A DNA stretch of 64,000 nt from Mobula hypostoma (Eukaryota): assembly GCF_963921235.1 (NCBI RefSeq), contig NC_086097.1:183584001-183648000 (forward strand). The letters are read 5' to 3'. Shown piece after piece: positions 12,837-25,738 of the stretch; the first letter of the stretch is position 1; each line of letters opens with the position of its first letter. Below the pieces are notes generated by a model. That model searched no databases. It was not told the DNA's origin and saw only the letters and a list, made by a program, of their open reading frames with translations. The translations under genes and the position numbers were made by a program.

Positions 12837-12936
12837 GTAGTAACTTCTTGACCCTGTGCTTACACTGCTGGGTAACAGTGAACAAATCACTAACCAGCCA
12901 GAAGTCTTCAAGCAGAGTTGACAACTACTGGATATT

Positions 12937-14256
12937 ATGAAGTTTATTCGAATTTTGTTTGTTGTTTTGCTGATTTTCCCGACTCACAATGTGCCAGTTG
13001 AGTGAGAAGTCTCATCATGTATGCTTGCGAATATCACATAAATTTGCTGATGCTATTAATGCCTTTAGCTGTTGGGCATGTCAATATATACTGCTCACTT
13101 CAAACTATTCACCAATACTATGCATCCCTGCAGATCGAGGACAAATATATGCCCTCGTTATTAAACATACCAGGAACAGCAGTGTTGACTTTATGCCTAT
13201 GATTCATTATTCTCAAGGGAGACATAAATATACAATAATCATGCCCACCCCCCCCACACACACATTGTCTTAGACTGAATCATTTATGTAAATATAATTG
13301 GCATGATTTAGAAAATATGATATCTGACTCTATTCATGTCTTATCCTGGGATACCTGTATATCTGCATCTAATGTCTATGACAAAACTATTAAATCTTTT
13401 CATGTGTTCACTATAAAAGCTTCCTTTTCGTTGAATTCAGAAGGGTATAGTTGCAGTAGGGTATAGTTCATACAATTACACTTTACATGATCCAAAACGG
13501 GGTAATGACATTGGAATTTTCATTGACAGTATCCAAAGGGAAAATATTACAATTCAACAAGCTCCTGTTCAGTAATAAGAAATGGTCTAAGTTTAGGGAG
13601 CAATACATACTTCATGTGTGGAAACAGAGCCTTCACCTCTCTTCCATGTAATTGGTTAGGATCTTGTTATTTAGTGTATGCTTTCCCTGCATGAGAAATA
13701 TACACACCTTACCTTTACCTCCCAAGTCTAGAAGTAAACAAGACATTTCAGAAGGAGATTGTTTTATATAAATTCTATTCCCATTTTATGGTGCTGCAAG
13801 GAGTATAAAAGAGATTAAAAATGTTGCTGTAGTAACATTGTTGATGCCTTGGGAAAAGTAACACAGAGCTAGCTGCCGGGCGTAAGATGGTTCTTCAAAA
13901 TCCTATGGCACTAGATCTTCTCTTAGTAGCTAAGGGGGGAATATGTGCAGTCATAGGCAAGAAGTGTTGTACCTACATACCTACCCGATGAGTGTGAAGA
14001 CATAAGTGATTTGGCTGATCGTATCTGTAAAGAAGCAGCTAAAGTACATCAACTTGATGGATGGGATTTCTTTGACTGGATTCACTTAAGTCTCAGAAGT
14101 CAAGGTTACTCAATATTATGAATCATATTATTCATACTAGTATGCCTTATTATAGTTTACATCTTTTTTACTTGTTTAAAGGTGATCATTAATAGAATAG
14201 TTCAAATTCACTTAAGTGTGCCTACTAATCTGCCTAAACATAACATTATCCTATGA
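12937..14256 (+). pseudogene. env: ERV env pseudogene, gamma-type (SU CxxC; TM ISD plus CX6CC plus membrane anchor)
   Basis: Signal-like MKFIRILFVVLLIFP at 12937; CWAC at 13070-13081; YFMCGNRAFTSLPCNWLGSCYL; degenerate furin site [34 protein letters not shown] (13893-13982); hydrophobic IILFILVCLIIVYIFF. Several stops and frameshifts. Confidence 0.93.
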
Positions 14257-14432
14257 ATATTTTGGAGAATATATACCCTTCGTTATTTCATAATTTAGGT
14301 AGTTTTTTATTATTTTATAGATATTCATAATTTAGGTGGTTTTTTATTATTTCATAGGTACCTCAAATTTTTCAGCCTCTGAATTTTTAGGTGTAATGAT
14401 TCTAAATGTGTGATCTAGAATCAAACTGGGAT

Positions 14433-14902
14433 TGTTGGATGCAACTGTTTAATTCTTAGATTAGTCTGTTTAATTGATATTTTCTTTGCAGTTTAACAAT
14501 TAAGTTTATGCTTGTATTTTATATAATTACTTATATAAAAATGACTGTCTTGTATGTTTCCTAGTGGTAATAGTTTGTCTATGCAACTTCAGTGTTCCCC
14601 TATTGATTAAGCAAGGTATGATTATGGAAGCTTCTCTTGGTACTGCATTATTTTGAATAAGAGCCATCCTAGTGGTTGACTCTTACCTATAATTTTGAAT
14701 GGAATTTTCCTCATCTATGGGTATCAAATAGCAGCACCACGAGGTCCACACCATCTTAAATCTTAGTCTGTTTGTCTTTAAGCCTTCTGCTTCTGTTTCC
14801 TTTGCTCTACCAATGCTTAGTAAAATGATCGTGAAACAACAAGTGTTGTGCCTCGTTCCTGACTTCTGAAAGAAACTTGAATTAAAATATCAGAATCTAA
14901 CA
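14433..14902 (+). repeat. ERV 3' LTR (470 bp)
   Basis: TGTTGGAT...ATCTAACA followed by the TSD CATT; preceded by a degenerate purine tract (AAACTGGGAT); collinear with 5068-5526. Confidence 0.93.
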
Positions 14903-14924
14903 CATTTCTTAGAGTTGTAGTCCT

Positions 14925-15790
14925 AGTTATAGAACATTACAGCACAGAAACAGGCTGATTGATCGATCTTGTCTGTGCCGAACTGTTATTCGGTCTAGTC
15001 CTATTGGCCCATACATGGACCAAATCCCTCCATACCTCTCCCATCCATGTACTTATTCAAGCTTCTCTTAAATGTTGCAATTGAACCCACATCCACCACT
15101 TCCTCTGGCAGCTCATTCCATATTTGCATCATCTTCTGAATGAACTTGCATTGTGTGTCAATGACTTTGATGACGGAGTTGATGGTTTTACTGAAAAGTT
15201 TGCAGATGATACAAAGATAGTGAGGGGCATGTAGTTTTGAGGAAGTAGAAAGGCTACAGAAGGACTTAACCAAATGAGGAGAATGGGCAAAGAAGTGGCA
15301 TGCAATGTTGGGAAGTGTATGGTCATGTACTTTGGTAGAAGAAATGAAAGGGTTGACTATTCTTTAAATGGAGAGAGAATACCAAAGACTGAGGTGCAAA
15401 AGGACTTGGATGTGCTTGTGCAGGATTCCCTAAAGGTTAATTTGCAGGTTGAGCCAGTGGTGAGGAAAGCACATGTAATGGTGGCATTCATTTGAAAAGG
15501 ACTAGAACATAAAAGCAAAGGTGTAATGTTGAGACTTTATAATGCACTGGTGAGGCTTCACTTGGAGTATTGTGATCAGGTTTGTGAACCCAGTCACACT
15601 GCCTATCTATATCCCCTTCAAGCCTCGTTCTATCCACCTCTGTCTCCTCACTCCCACATTGATTACTATCATCAGCAAACTTGAAAATGTGTCATTTTGT
15701 ACCCTCGGCCAACCAGTTGATATAGATTGTGAATAGCTGGGGCACAAGCACTGATTCCAGTGATACCCCTTAACCTGCCAATTCATTTAT
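14925..15790. mobile_element. Cluster of CR1 fragments in alternating orientation
   Basis: Minus-strand CR1 3' end (14925-15140), plus-strand RT piece KFADDTK...NVGKCMVMYFG (15150-15590), and a minus-strand RT piece (15600-15780). Confidence 0.75.
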
Positions 15791-16904
15791 TTACACCCAA
15801 TCAATTCAAATTTGTTGTCACATGCACATATATGGCGAGGTACAGGTGTAATGAAAATGTTGCTTGTAGTAGAATCACAGGCATGTAGAAACAGACTACA
15901 CACAGAATATACATGAAATTATAGAAGACTGTGAAGAAAGAGAAAAAAAATCCTATCCTTTCTGTACAATAAACAGTTCTCAATCCGTGGCAGAGTCTTA
16001 CTGCCAATTCCATATCAACCAACCCGTGAGAACACTTACTGAAAGCTTCCTGAAAATCCATCCACTGGTTCTCTCTTCTCTATTCTACTACTCACATCCA
16101 ACAAATATTACCCAGCCAAATATAATTTCTCTTTGTAAATCAACATTGCTGGACTTAATACTTAATTCATTTCGAGGTGTTATTTTATTATATAATTACA
16201 GATGCAGTATCTTTCTCCCCTATCATTGAAATTAGATGAACAAGTTGATTGCTTGCTGTTTTCTCTCTCCCTCATTCCTTAGATAGTGAGAGACAGCATG
16301 TGTTATCCAGCAATTCTCAGGATCTACAGAACTAGGGAGAGAACATCAACTATCTCAAAAGCCATCATTTCTGAAAATCTTTTTACATCTTTTGGGATCC
16401 TGATCAGGAGGTCTTTGGTATTTATCAGCCTTCTGACTCACCAAATTATGTAGTGTATTTTGACTAATATTTAATTCCTTCATTTCTTCATTTTCACTGA
16501 GCCCTTGAATCTGCTATTCTGATTCTGATTCAGTCTGTTCCAGAAACCTCAGAAAGTTTTCTATGTCTTCTTCAGAGATTCACCCTTCAAGTACATGGCT
16601 ACGGTGCAGATACCATTTTGCAGCTCCAGATGCATAAGTAACGCCTAATTTTGCATCCTGGATTTTTTATTAGAACCAGGAATGCCTCATAATTTTGATT
16701 CTGTTAATACTATCTCTGTTACCACCAAAGTGCTTGTGAAAGCTGGAAGCTAGCTGTTGGTCAAAGAATTAGACTGATTGAAACATTGTCAGTCACGAGA
16801 ACTAAAAAATCTGCTTAACTCAGATATTCCTGAATAAAATGTTTTCTTCCTTATGGACAATATTTGGTTACATTGCAGCTGCTATTGTTGAGCAAGTATT
16901 CAGA

Positions 16905-17940
16905 GGGTAACAGTTGAAGGGATTGTCAAGCTGGAGGTCTGTAATTAGTGGTGTTCCACTGGCATCTGTGCTGGGACCTCTGCTGTTTGTAATATATATC
17001 AATGACCTGGACGAAAATGTAGGTGGCTGGATTAGTAAGCTTGCAGATGATACCAAGACTGGTGGAATTGTGGATAGTGCAGATGACTGGCAAAGAATAC
17101 AGCAAGATATAAGTCAGTTGTAGATATAGGCAGAGAAATGGCAGATGGAGTGTGAACTGTTGCGCCTTGGTAGGGCAAATGCAAGAGACAGTGCATTGTT
17201 CAGGGCAAGACCCTTCACAGTGTTGCTGAGCAGAGAGATCTTGGGGTCCAAGTTCATAGTTCCTTGAAAGTGGCTGCACAGGTTGATAAGGTGTTTAAAA
17301 AGGCTATGGAATGGTTGCTTTTTATTATTCAAGGCATTGAGTTCAAAAGTCAGGAGGTTATGTTACAACTTTATAAAACTGATAGGCTACATCTGGAGTA
17401 TTGCATACGGTTCTGGTCACCTCACTATAGGAAGGATGTTGAACCTCTGAAAAGGGTGCAGAAGAGGTTTGCCAGGATGCTGTCTGGTTTAGAGGGAATG
17501 TGTTATCATGAGAGGCTGGATAAACTTGGGTTGTTTTCTTTGGAGTGGCAGAGGCTGGGGGCAGATCTGATGGAGGTTTATAAGATTATGAGAGACATGG
17601 ATAGAGTAGACAGGGGGTATCTGTTTCCCAGGATAGAAATGTCTAATATGCATTCCATTAAAGGTGAAACGGGTAGGTTTAAAGTGGATGTGAAGGATAA
17701 GTTTTTTACTCAGAGAGCGGCGGATGCCTGAAATGTGCTGCCTGGTATAGTGTAGAGGCAAATACATTAGAGGCTTTTAAGAGATGTTTAGATAGACACA
17801 TGGATGTAAGGAAGATGGACGGATATGGACATTGTATAGGTAAGAGGGATTAGCGTTTGGGTGCTTTTAATTTACTTTTTAGCTGTTTTGGCACAACATT
17901 GTGGGTCGAATGGCTTATTCCTGTGCTATGTTCTATCTCT
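16905..17940 (+). mobile_element. CR1 3' fragment with intact 3' end
   Basis: [22 protein letters not shown]...SKLADDTK; HLEYCIRFWSPHYRKD; ends CCTGTGCTATGTTCTAT. Confidence 0.93.
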
Positions 17941-19074
17941 ACTCCACTCCTTTTTGTGTTGAACCTGCAGAAATACTAAAATCTGACAGCAGCAGAAATG
18001 CAACAGGATCACTAGTTTCAAATTAATGCAACATTTTAGTGGTTTTCCTTTTGTTGAGCTCAATTAAGTTCTATTTGTGGAAAAATCACTTTACTGACAT
18101 AGTCCTCTGCTTATCTATATTAATGTATTCCATTTTTTCCACCCCTTGGTTTTAATTATATAGAATTTACGGGACAGAAATAGACCTTTCTACCCAAATG
18201 TTCTCTGTTAATGTTTATGCACAACAACAGTCTCCTCTCACTGTACTTCATTTAACCATATCACAGATAATTCTCCCTCTTATGTACTTACATAATGCAG
18301 CAGAGCTCAGCACTTCAACTACTTTCCATGCAAGTGAAATCAGAATTTAAAAGAAGAGGTTCACCTGAATTTGTTGTTAGATTTATTTAGACGAAGGGAT
18401 TGCAGTATAAAAATATTATACTCTTTCCATGAAAAGAAGTTAATGTCTGCTAGATCACCATCGTGATTGCATGTTCTGCAAAACTGAAGACAGCCTGCTG
18501 CCAATCTAACGCAATGCCACTGGTTCTAACATGACAGAACCTGTTATTTGTAGTAGTTATGGTTTTGAAGAGGTGCTAGGTACACTGTCTAATGGTTGGC
18601 TAATTTGCTGCTGTCAGTGTCAGCCGCAAATGGAGCATACTCTGTGCCTGTGGCAGACGTGCATCACAGCAGAATCTTGGTGACCACAGATAAGTTTCAC
18701 CATGTCTTGTCTGGTCAAAAGGTGTGAATGAGATACAAGTATTTACAGCAAGAGCATAAACATGCCAATAATGAAAGTAAAATTATGTGCAAGAGAGTTG
18801 GTTGCTTTTTATAAAGCTAATATAGAATCACACTGAGACCTTAAAGCTTGTGGAAAGAGTGGGAATTTCCATGGAATCACAAGAAACTATCTGGGGCTTC
18901 TGAGTAAGAGATCTCCCTGGCTATCCTTAAAATGTTCTCTCAATTCCAACCAGTTGTGAAGTTAAATACTTAAATAATTCATTTTTAACACTTAAAGTTT
19001 CCAATGTACATGAAGATCTTACTTTAACATGTGCCTCTTGGTCACTTCCCAAATAAGGTCTATGAAATGACTTC

Positions 19075-19602
19075 TGAAATGCCTGCTTCGCTGCTGCTGC
19101 TACTGTGTGATCCAGAATCTCCAGAGGGGAAGGCCCCGAGTCCTCGGCTTTGCTTGTTGCTCGGCGGCCGGGACGGGATTGAAGCGCTCAGCAGAGGATG
19201 GTGCTTGAAGAGACTGTGTTGGAGGGGCTGGTCGGAGGCTCGAAGTTTTCAGACGGACTCAGAGCCCACTATGGTCGGGTGCTTCCAATGATGCTGCATC
19301 GGCGAGTTGGCGGTGCTTGGAGGCTCATGGCGGGGAGAGTTCCTCCCTTCTGCTGCCTGCGGGGGGTGACGAGTGTATCGGGACTTTGAGACTTTTTTTA
19401 AACTGTGCCCATGGTCTGCTCTTTATCAAATTATGGTATTGCTTTGCACTGTTGTAACTATATGTTTTAATTACGTGGTTTTGTCAGTTTTGGTTTTGGT
19501 TTGTCTTGTGTTTTCTTGTGATATTATTCTGGAGGAACGTTGTGTCATTTTTTAATGCATGCATTTCTAAATGACAATAAATGAAAACTGAACTGAACTG
19601 AG
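19075..19602 (+). mobile_element. Non-autonomous retroposon, same family as 35-660
   Basis: Shares a GC-rich body and the 3' block TTATGGTATTG...TAATGCATGCATTTCTAAATGACAATAAA; (ACTGA)n tail. Confidence 0.75.
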
Positions 19603-20789
19603 TCTAGGCAGGCCAGTCTCTGGTCCTAGATTGTGAGATGATTTCCCTGTTTAGCCCTATTCTTGGCTTCAAAAGGAGTGGGATAATATTAACGGAAAAA
19701 TCTGGCCGGTTTCTTGTTTCCAATTTTTGGGGTGTTGAGATCAACTGTAGCTTGCACAGGTTGGAAGTCAAATCTGAGATCTCCTTGAGCAGCACGAGGT
19801 GAAATGGAATGTTTATTCACCACACCACTAAAAGAGGCTACTTGGGCTTGCAGAGGAAAAGGTTGTTTCCCTCGTTCCATTTGCAATTGATCTTTTATTT
19901 GTACCAAGGGAAAATTACTATTTTGGAGTAATAAAAAAACAATAATATTGCAAAATAATGTTGAGGATTTTAAAATGACATTACATTTTTGCAAAATGAT
20001 AACTTTTATTAAGTTTGTTAGCAGCTTTTAAAAATAAATAGCAATTTAAGACATCATTCATTTAGGTTGAAAGCAACATTCTAGATTGCTAAATTGCACT
20101 GTGAATTGCATCACAACGAAAATAATGGCACATGGAAAAACTTTCAACAAATCTTTTATGTGAATCAGATGGATATCAAGCACCTGAGAAGATCAAAAGC
20201 TAATTATAAACTTTTACTTTAGTTTTCAGCTTTCCAGTGCTCTTCCTCCATGTTTAAATGATTTCAGTTATCAGACACATCGACAACTCTCACTAATGTT
20301 CTGATATCACTAGAAAACCGCACGGATGACGTGAATACATCTTCAGGGTTCAGTATTTTCCTTACAGCAAGCAGATTTTTTAAATGAGTGCCAATCAGAT
20401 TTTATTTCTGCCCACAGGGATTTTTGTAATTGGGATATTAAGAAATCATGTCCAGTATGGTTAACAAAATGGAGATTGTCTGACCTGCTTGTGCTTCCTG
20501 ATCTTTCAAGTTGGAAGATTGGTGGCTGAACTGAGTTGAATGTTTCTGGAGAAATACCAGTTATTGACCCTCCTGGTCCTTGACAAGGGTGCTGAGCTCT
20601 GTCCCAGTGGAACTTCCCACTCCTTGCATCCATACACAGAAGCCACAACTGCAATTAACTTTCCCATTAAGAATGCAATTAAGTGCAATTAAGTGCCATT
20701 AAGAATGCTGTTCTTTATGTTTGAGAAGCTATGTAATCAGGAAGTATGTGTCATCTCAGATGAAGGCCATGAAAGTAAGCAGGGAGAAG

Positions 20790-21335
20790 AACCAAAGTGG
20801 CAATCTATCCATAGGCCACAGCGCATGGGAGAGATCTTAAATGAATATTTCTCATACATTCACAATGGAGAGGAGTGTGATGTTGGAAAATTCGTAGAGG
20901 GGATTGGTGGAATTTGAGAATAACTTCCCATTGAAGTTGAGCTCTTAGTAAGGTTTATCATGGATAAATACCAGGGCTTAATGAAATGTATTCCAAGTTG
21001 CTATTGGGATTGGGGGTGGGGTGGGGGGAGAAGCTGAAAGGATAAGATTGCCAATGCTCTGACAGAACTTTTCAGATGTTCTTTGTTCATAGAGTGGAGG
21101 ACATCAAATCTGCTCTCTTTACTGAAGAAGGACAGCAGGGATAAGTCAGTAGATTTCAGGCCTATGATTCTAAAATCAGCATGAGGGAAATTATTGGAAA
21201 CATTGTGAGAGACAGGATTAATGTGTACTTGGAGGTCCTGTCCGACTGAATTGATCAAATTTTTTTCAGGGTTGACGAAGTGCGTTGATCACTCTAAGTT
21301 GCTTGATATAGCTTACATGGACTTCTGTGGAGCTA
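20790..21335 (+). mobile_element. Highly decayed CR1 RT fragment
   Basis: MGEILNEYFS, KKDSRDK..DFRP and KLLETL-like remnants. Confidence 0.65.
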
Positions 21336-21339
21336 ATGA

Positions 21340-22300
21340 ATAAACTCTTCTTGGACTTACAGATTTTAACTGATGTTTCGATGACAAACTCTGCCATCTT
21401 CATCAGGAATGATGCCCAGGCATGTCTAATCTGATGGTATTTATACCCCAATCGTCTGTCCCTCCTGATTGGTTAGTCCTCATCCAATCAGTTTTCCACT
21501 GTTCCATCTTGTTTACAATTGAATTCCAGTTCTTACTCCGAGCAAGAGCGTGGTCTTTTTTAAAATACTTTTCCTCTAGTTCTATTTCAATGGCTTCCTT
21601 TACTAGGCCGTCCCAAAAGTCATTGGCATGACACAGAGGTTTTGTGCCTACAGTTCCACCATTTCTGGAAGGATCACCAGGATTCTGAAGAAATACCAAA
21701 TTAATACCATCCACAAACCTGTAAGGAAGCTCAAATCACAGCTTATGTGAGTCAAAGGTGACCTGGGACTCAGGACAGCTGGCGTTTACAGGATTCCCTG
21801 TGAATATGGAGCAGAGTATATCGGCCAGAAGGGATACATGGTGGAAACCCACATCAGGAGCACAGGAGGAGTATCCATTTGGGTCACCTGGAGAAATTGG
21901 CAGTAGCAGAACTTTGCATTCACAATGGCCATAGGATTGACTCTGACAGCAGAAAACTACTGTGCCATACAAATGGTTTTTGGGACCACCTGATAAAGGA
22001 AGCCGTTGAGATAACACTAGAAGAACAGAATTTTAACAAAGGCCAAGGTCATGTCCTAAGTGTGAACTGGAATTTGATTGTAAACAAAATGGGACAGCAG
22101 GAACCTGATTGGATGAGGACTAACCAATCAGGAGGGACAGACAATGGAAGTATAAATAACACCGGACTAGACATGCCAAGGCATCATCCCTGATGAAGGT
22201 TGCTGAGTCTGTCATCAGAACATTGACTAAAATCTAAATCTGTACCCGGCTGGATGCCTGAGAAGAGTTTATTTGTCGTGTATGCCAGGAAAGCACTACA
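21340..22300 (+). mobile_element. Penelope-like element family 2: GIY-YIG C-terminus with inverted pseudo-LTR
   Basis: GVYRIPCEYGAEYIGQ at ~21781; AVAELCIHNGHRID...IKEAVEI...NFNK. Segment ~21340-21640 is an inverted copy of ~21955-22260. Confidence 0.88.
21366..21410 (-). ncRNA. Minimal hammerhead ribozyme motif in Penelope pLTR
   Basis: Minus strand reads CUGAUGA-A-GAUGGCA-GAGUU-UGUCAUC-GAAA-CAUC: intact core boxes, 7-bp stem II, NUH triplet AUC; stem I weak. Confidence 0.7.
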
Positions 22301-22607
22301 TCCTTTTTCTGTAGATCTTTTTGACAAGGCCTCACTTGGAAGGCTGGTTCAAAGGATAATGGTGTAAAGGACACACACCAGTTTGGAGATTGGCTTGGTG
22401 AAAGTGTGGCTTTACATGGTTTGATTGTGCAGAAGAGTGGTGCTGCTGAGATCTGAGCCCACTGAGACAAGATGTGGTTATGGTATGATCCTGCTAGAAC
22501 TTGATGGATTTTGTAAGAAAATGGTGAATCTAGCCTGCCATGTACTTTCATAGTTCTGCTAACCTCTAAAGCTTATCCAGTCAGAGGCATAGTTTATTTT
22601 CAGATTG

Positions 22608-22980
22608 ATCATCATCATCATCATCATCATCAAGAGCACTTATATGTGTCATATGATGTGGATGATCATGGTCTTATGAATATGATTGTACTTGGCAATC
22701 TTTTCTACAGAAGTGGTTTGCCATTGCCTTCTTTGGGTCAGTGTCTTTACAAGATGGGTGACCCCAGCCATTGTCAATACTCTTCAGAGATTGTCTGCCT
22801 GGTATCAGAGGTCATGTGATATGCACTGGCTGCTCATATGGCCATCCACCACCTGCTCCCATGACTTGATGTGACCCTGATTGGGGGGCTAAGCAGGTGG
22901 TACACTTTGCCCAAGGGTAAGCTGCTGGCTAATGGAGGAAAGGAGCACTTTGGTAGAGACTTATCTCCACCCCGCCACCC
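22608..22980 (-). mobile_element. RTE-related SINE-like element
   Basis: Minus strand contains GAAGGCAATGGCAAACCACTTC (motif seen in RTE/BovB-related retroposons) and ends in a (GAT)n tail. Confidence 0.6.
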
Positions 22981-24559
22981 GTTTTTAGATTATCATGACA
23001 AATAAACCCAACGAATGGGGATTGACACGTTATATTCATCTGTCATAGTGGGTGATGTCTCTTTAAGGCCAATGTCATCAGCACACACAAAGACCAGTCA
23101 TTTGTTCTCCAGTGTGTGCTGATGATGTCTGCACCACACTGGATTTGCCAGGCTAGCTGATTGCCAAAATCTGTTGGCATCTTGGCTAGAACAGTGAGGG
23201 TTGAAGGAATGATGAGTGCTGTGGCTGTAAGTACGTTTTTACTTTGAAAATTGTTGGCAGCTAGGATATTTCTAGAAATCCAGTCTGTAATATTCTGAGA
23301 AGAATTGGCTTGTTTTGTTTCTTCTTAAGTATTAATGAAAACCATCAGTCGAAGCTGGCTGAGTGATTTGGGAATTAGTTTGGTGTTAAACATAAAACAG
23401 AAAATTACATTTTACTTTGGACATTGAAAGGAAACATCCGAAGTAGTAAAGGTAAATATTCCAAGCAGCCTTCAAAAAACATTGTTACTGTACTCTCCCA
23501 CTTACCTTGATATGAGTGCATATGTGTTCACTCAAAAGTTGCCCAATTTCTCATTAAAGAGAATAACATTATTGCCACCAGTTGCTACATTTTTGAGAAA
23601 CAATCTGTTTGCCTTTTAAGAAATTTCGCTGAATACGATGAATCTACAGATACACTACCATTCACATAGCTGTTCAGCACCTATTCCTGGATCTCAAAGA
23701 AATTTACAAGTTATATAAATCAACAGTTATTCTCAGTGAAAAGTTCAGTTGTGGAGGTTGGTTCTTTGTAAACTTTCTGCCCCATGGAAACTACTTATCA
23801 TACTGAGGGTCTGTTTAGTCCCCCTCAACACTCACACCATCCAATGAGATCATGAATGACGTGACCTCACTCCATGTGCCTCCATAGGAGATGTTAACAT
23901 TTTAAAATTCATGCAATTTGGAATTGTTAAGAATTGTATAACAAAGCAACAAACCATCTTATTCAGCTAAATGAATAAGAAAACTGTGATGGAAATAAGA
24001 TTGACTAAAGCACACATGATGTTTTTCATTATATTCCTAATACAATTAAAACTTGGGTATGAATACTTCAATTAGAATGATCACATAACTTTGTCCATTG
24101 ATGTAATTACTTTGTGAACCTGACAGCAACAATAAGATTCAGTGCATCTGTAAACTTACACAGATATTCTGAAGGTGCTGTCAATAATTTGGTACGCCTC
24201 GGCAGAATGTGCTATTTGCTGTCTTCCACAATCCAATTAAGCAGAACGATTTGAAATGACATGAATTTCAGGCATGTAGGGAATAGCCCAGCTGTGAAAT
24301 ACCCTGAAACATTCATGTTATGTTACGTGAAGTGAGCTTCTACTGACATCTAAGCCATAGTAATTGCACTTTGAACTTCCAGAGACTCTTGATTAATTTT
24401 ATGTCTCTGAATTATAATTCCAGTATTATTTCAAACTACCAGAAATTTTACATTCTAAAATTACTTATTTCTGATATCGCTACTCAACAGACAGTTTAGA
24501 ATGTCTTAGAGCGAGTGGTATTGTTTGTTCGCTTGTGTGTTTGTTTTTCTTATGTCCAA

Positions 24560-25010
24560 GGGAGTAAAAATCTTTATGTTACATCTCTGTCACAATGTAC
24601 AAGCAATAAAGTGGGGGGGGGGGGGAATATGGGAGGATATTGCCAAAACATTAAGATTGTATGCATAATTGTTTTGTAGATATATATGTACAGTCAGATA
24701 TGCAATCAGATCAATGTGTATTGATAAATATGATAGCCTGGTGAAAGAAGCTGTCCCATAGCCTGTTGGTTCTGGCCTTAACGCTGTGGTAGCACTTGCC
24801 AGACGGAAGCAGCTGAAACAGTTTGCGGTTGGGGTGGCTGGAGTCCCTAATGATCCTCTGGGCCCTTTTTACACACCTCCTGCTGAACAAGTCCTGAATA
24901 GAGGAAAGTTCACATCCACAGATGCCCTGGGCTGTCCACACCACTCTCTGCAGTGCCCTGCAATTAAGGGCAGTGCAGTTTCTATACCAGGCGATGATGC
25001 AGCTGTACAA
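24560..25010 (-). mobile_element. Rex1/Babar LINE 3' fragment
   Basis: ORF 24711-25034: CIIAWYRNC..LQRVV...IIRDSSHP..LFQLLPSGK...RTNRLWDSFFHQAI. Confidence 0.88.
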
Positions 25011-25738
25011 TCTAGTTATTAAGTAACAATCCATATTTCACAGTGCTTATCAGCAACTCAAGTATGAGCAATATTACCCTACAAAGAGCTGGAGTCCTTT
25101 GCTCTGTCATACTTCCTGACTTGTTGCCCCATTTATGTTGCATTTCCTCCTAGTAATGTCAAAAAGCCTCTGCTGAGAAATTGATGCACTCATTAATACA
25201 CTGTAAAAATCATAGAAAAGGCTAAAATCCAGTGTGAAATTGTTGAGTGGCCAATGCCCAGAAAGGACAATTGAAGTAGGACTTGCATGGATTTCTAGCA
25301 GAACCTCATTCAATTTAGTACAGGTCCAAACACTTCATTGTATAGCAGTCAGAAAAGGGTGTCAGCCCTCAAAGGCAAATTCCTCATGACAGTCACACAG
25401 CAACAGTACTTACAATGGCTGCAAGTGAAGGAGACAGGGGTCATAGGGCTCTCGGGCGGGTAGATTGGGGGAAAGGAGCAGCAAAGTCACTTCCTGAACA
25501 GAAACCCACTAGGAGTACCTGCGAAAGGTTCTGCAGGAGTCTTCCAGGGCTGAGAATTTTCACACAGTGAAATAAAACAGAAAGAAATTCAATGTCTTTA
25601 GCAAATGTGTCAGGATACACAGATCACTGCTTACATTGGCAGAATGAGATCCTCATGGTAAACTGTAGTTCAAGCAAAATTTCAAGTTCTTTAAATGAGG
25701 TGCTTTTCATCAGGAAACACAGACGTATTAAACATACA

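Larger units (their letters stand above)
5068..14902 (+). mobile_element. Endogenous retrovirus (class I, epsilon/gamma-like), internally deleted, env-bearing, with nested insertions
   Basis: Two homologous LTRs (TGTTGGAT...ATC(C/T)AACA), 4-bp TSD CATT (5064-5067, 14903-14906), TGG-starting PBS, RT-connection and RNase H remnants, and env with CxxC, ISD and CX6CC. Confidence 0.93.

Noticed and set aside
12937..14256. Co-opted syncytin-like env gene
   Set aside because: Multiple in-frame stops and frameshifts, and a mutated furin site.
14925..15590. Twin-priming inversion of a single CR1
   Set aside because: The geometry fits, but no TSD was found and the pieces may be different subfamilies.
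22880..22980. HDV-like ribozyme at the 5' end of the RTE-related SINE (minus strand has GGGTGGC...TTACCCTTGGGCAA)
   Set aside because: No convincing P3/L3 (UCCNCGY) or P2 could be assembled in this copy; the family consensus would be needed.
23506..23700. Minus-strand coding exon (strong AAG|GTAAGT donor)
   Set aside because: All three upstream frames contain stops and no clear acceptor was found.
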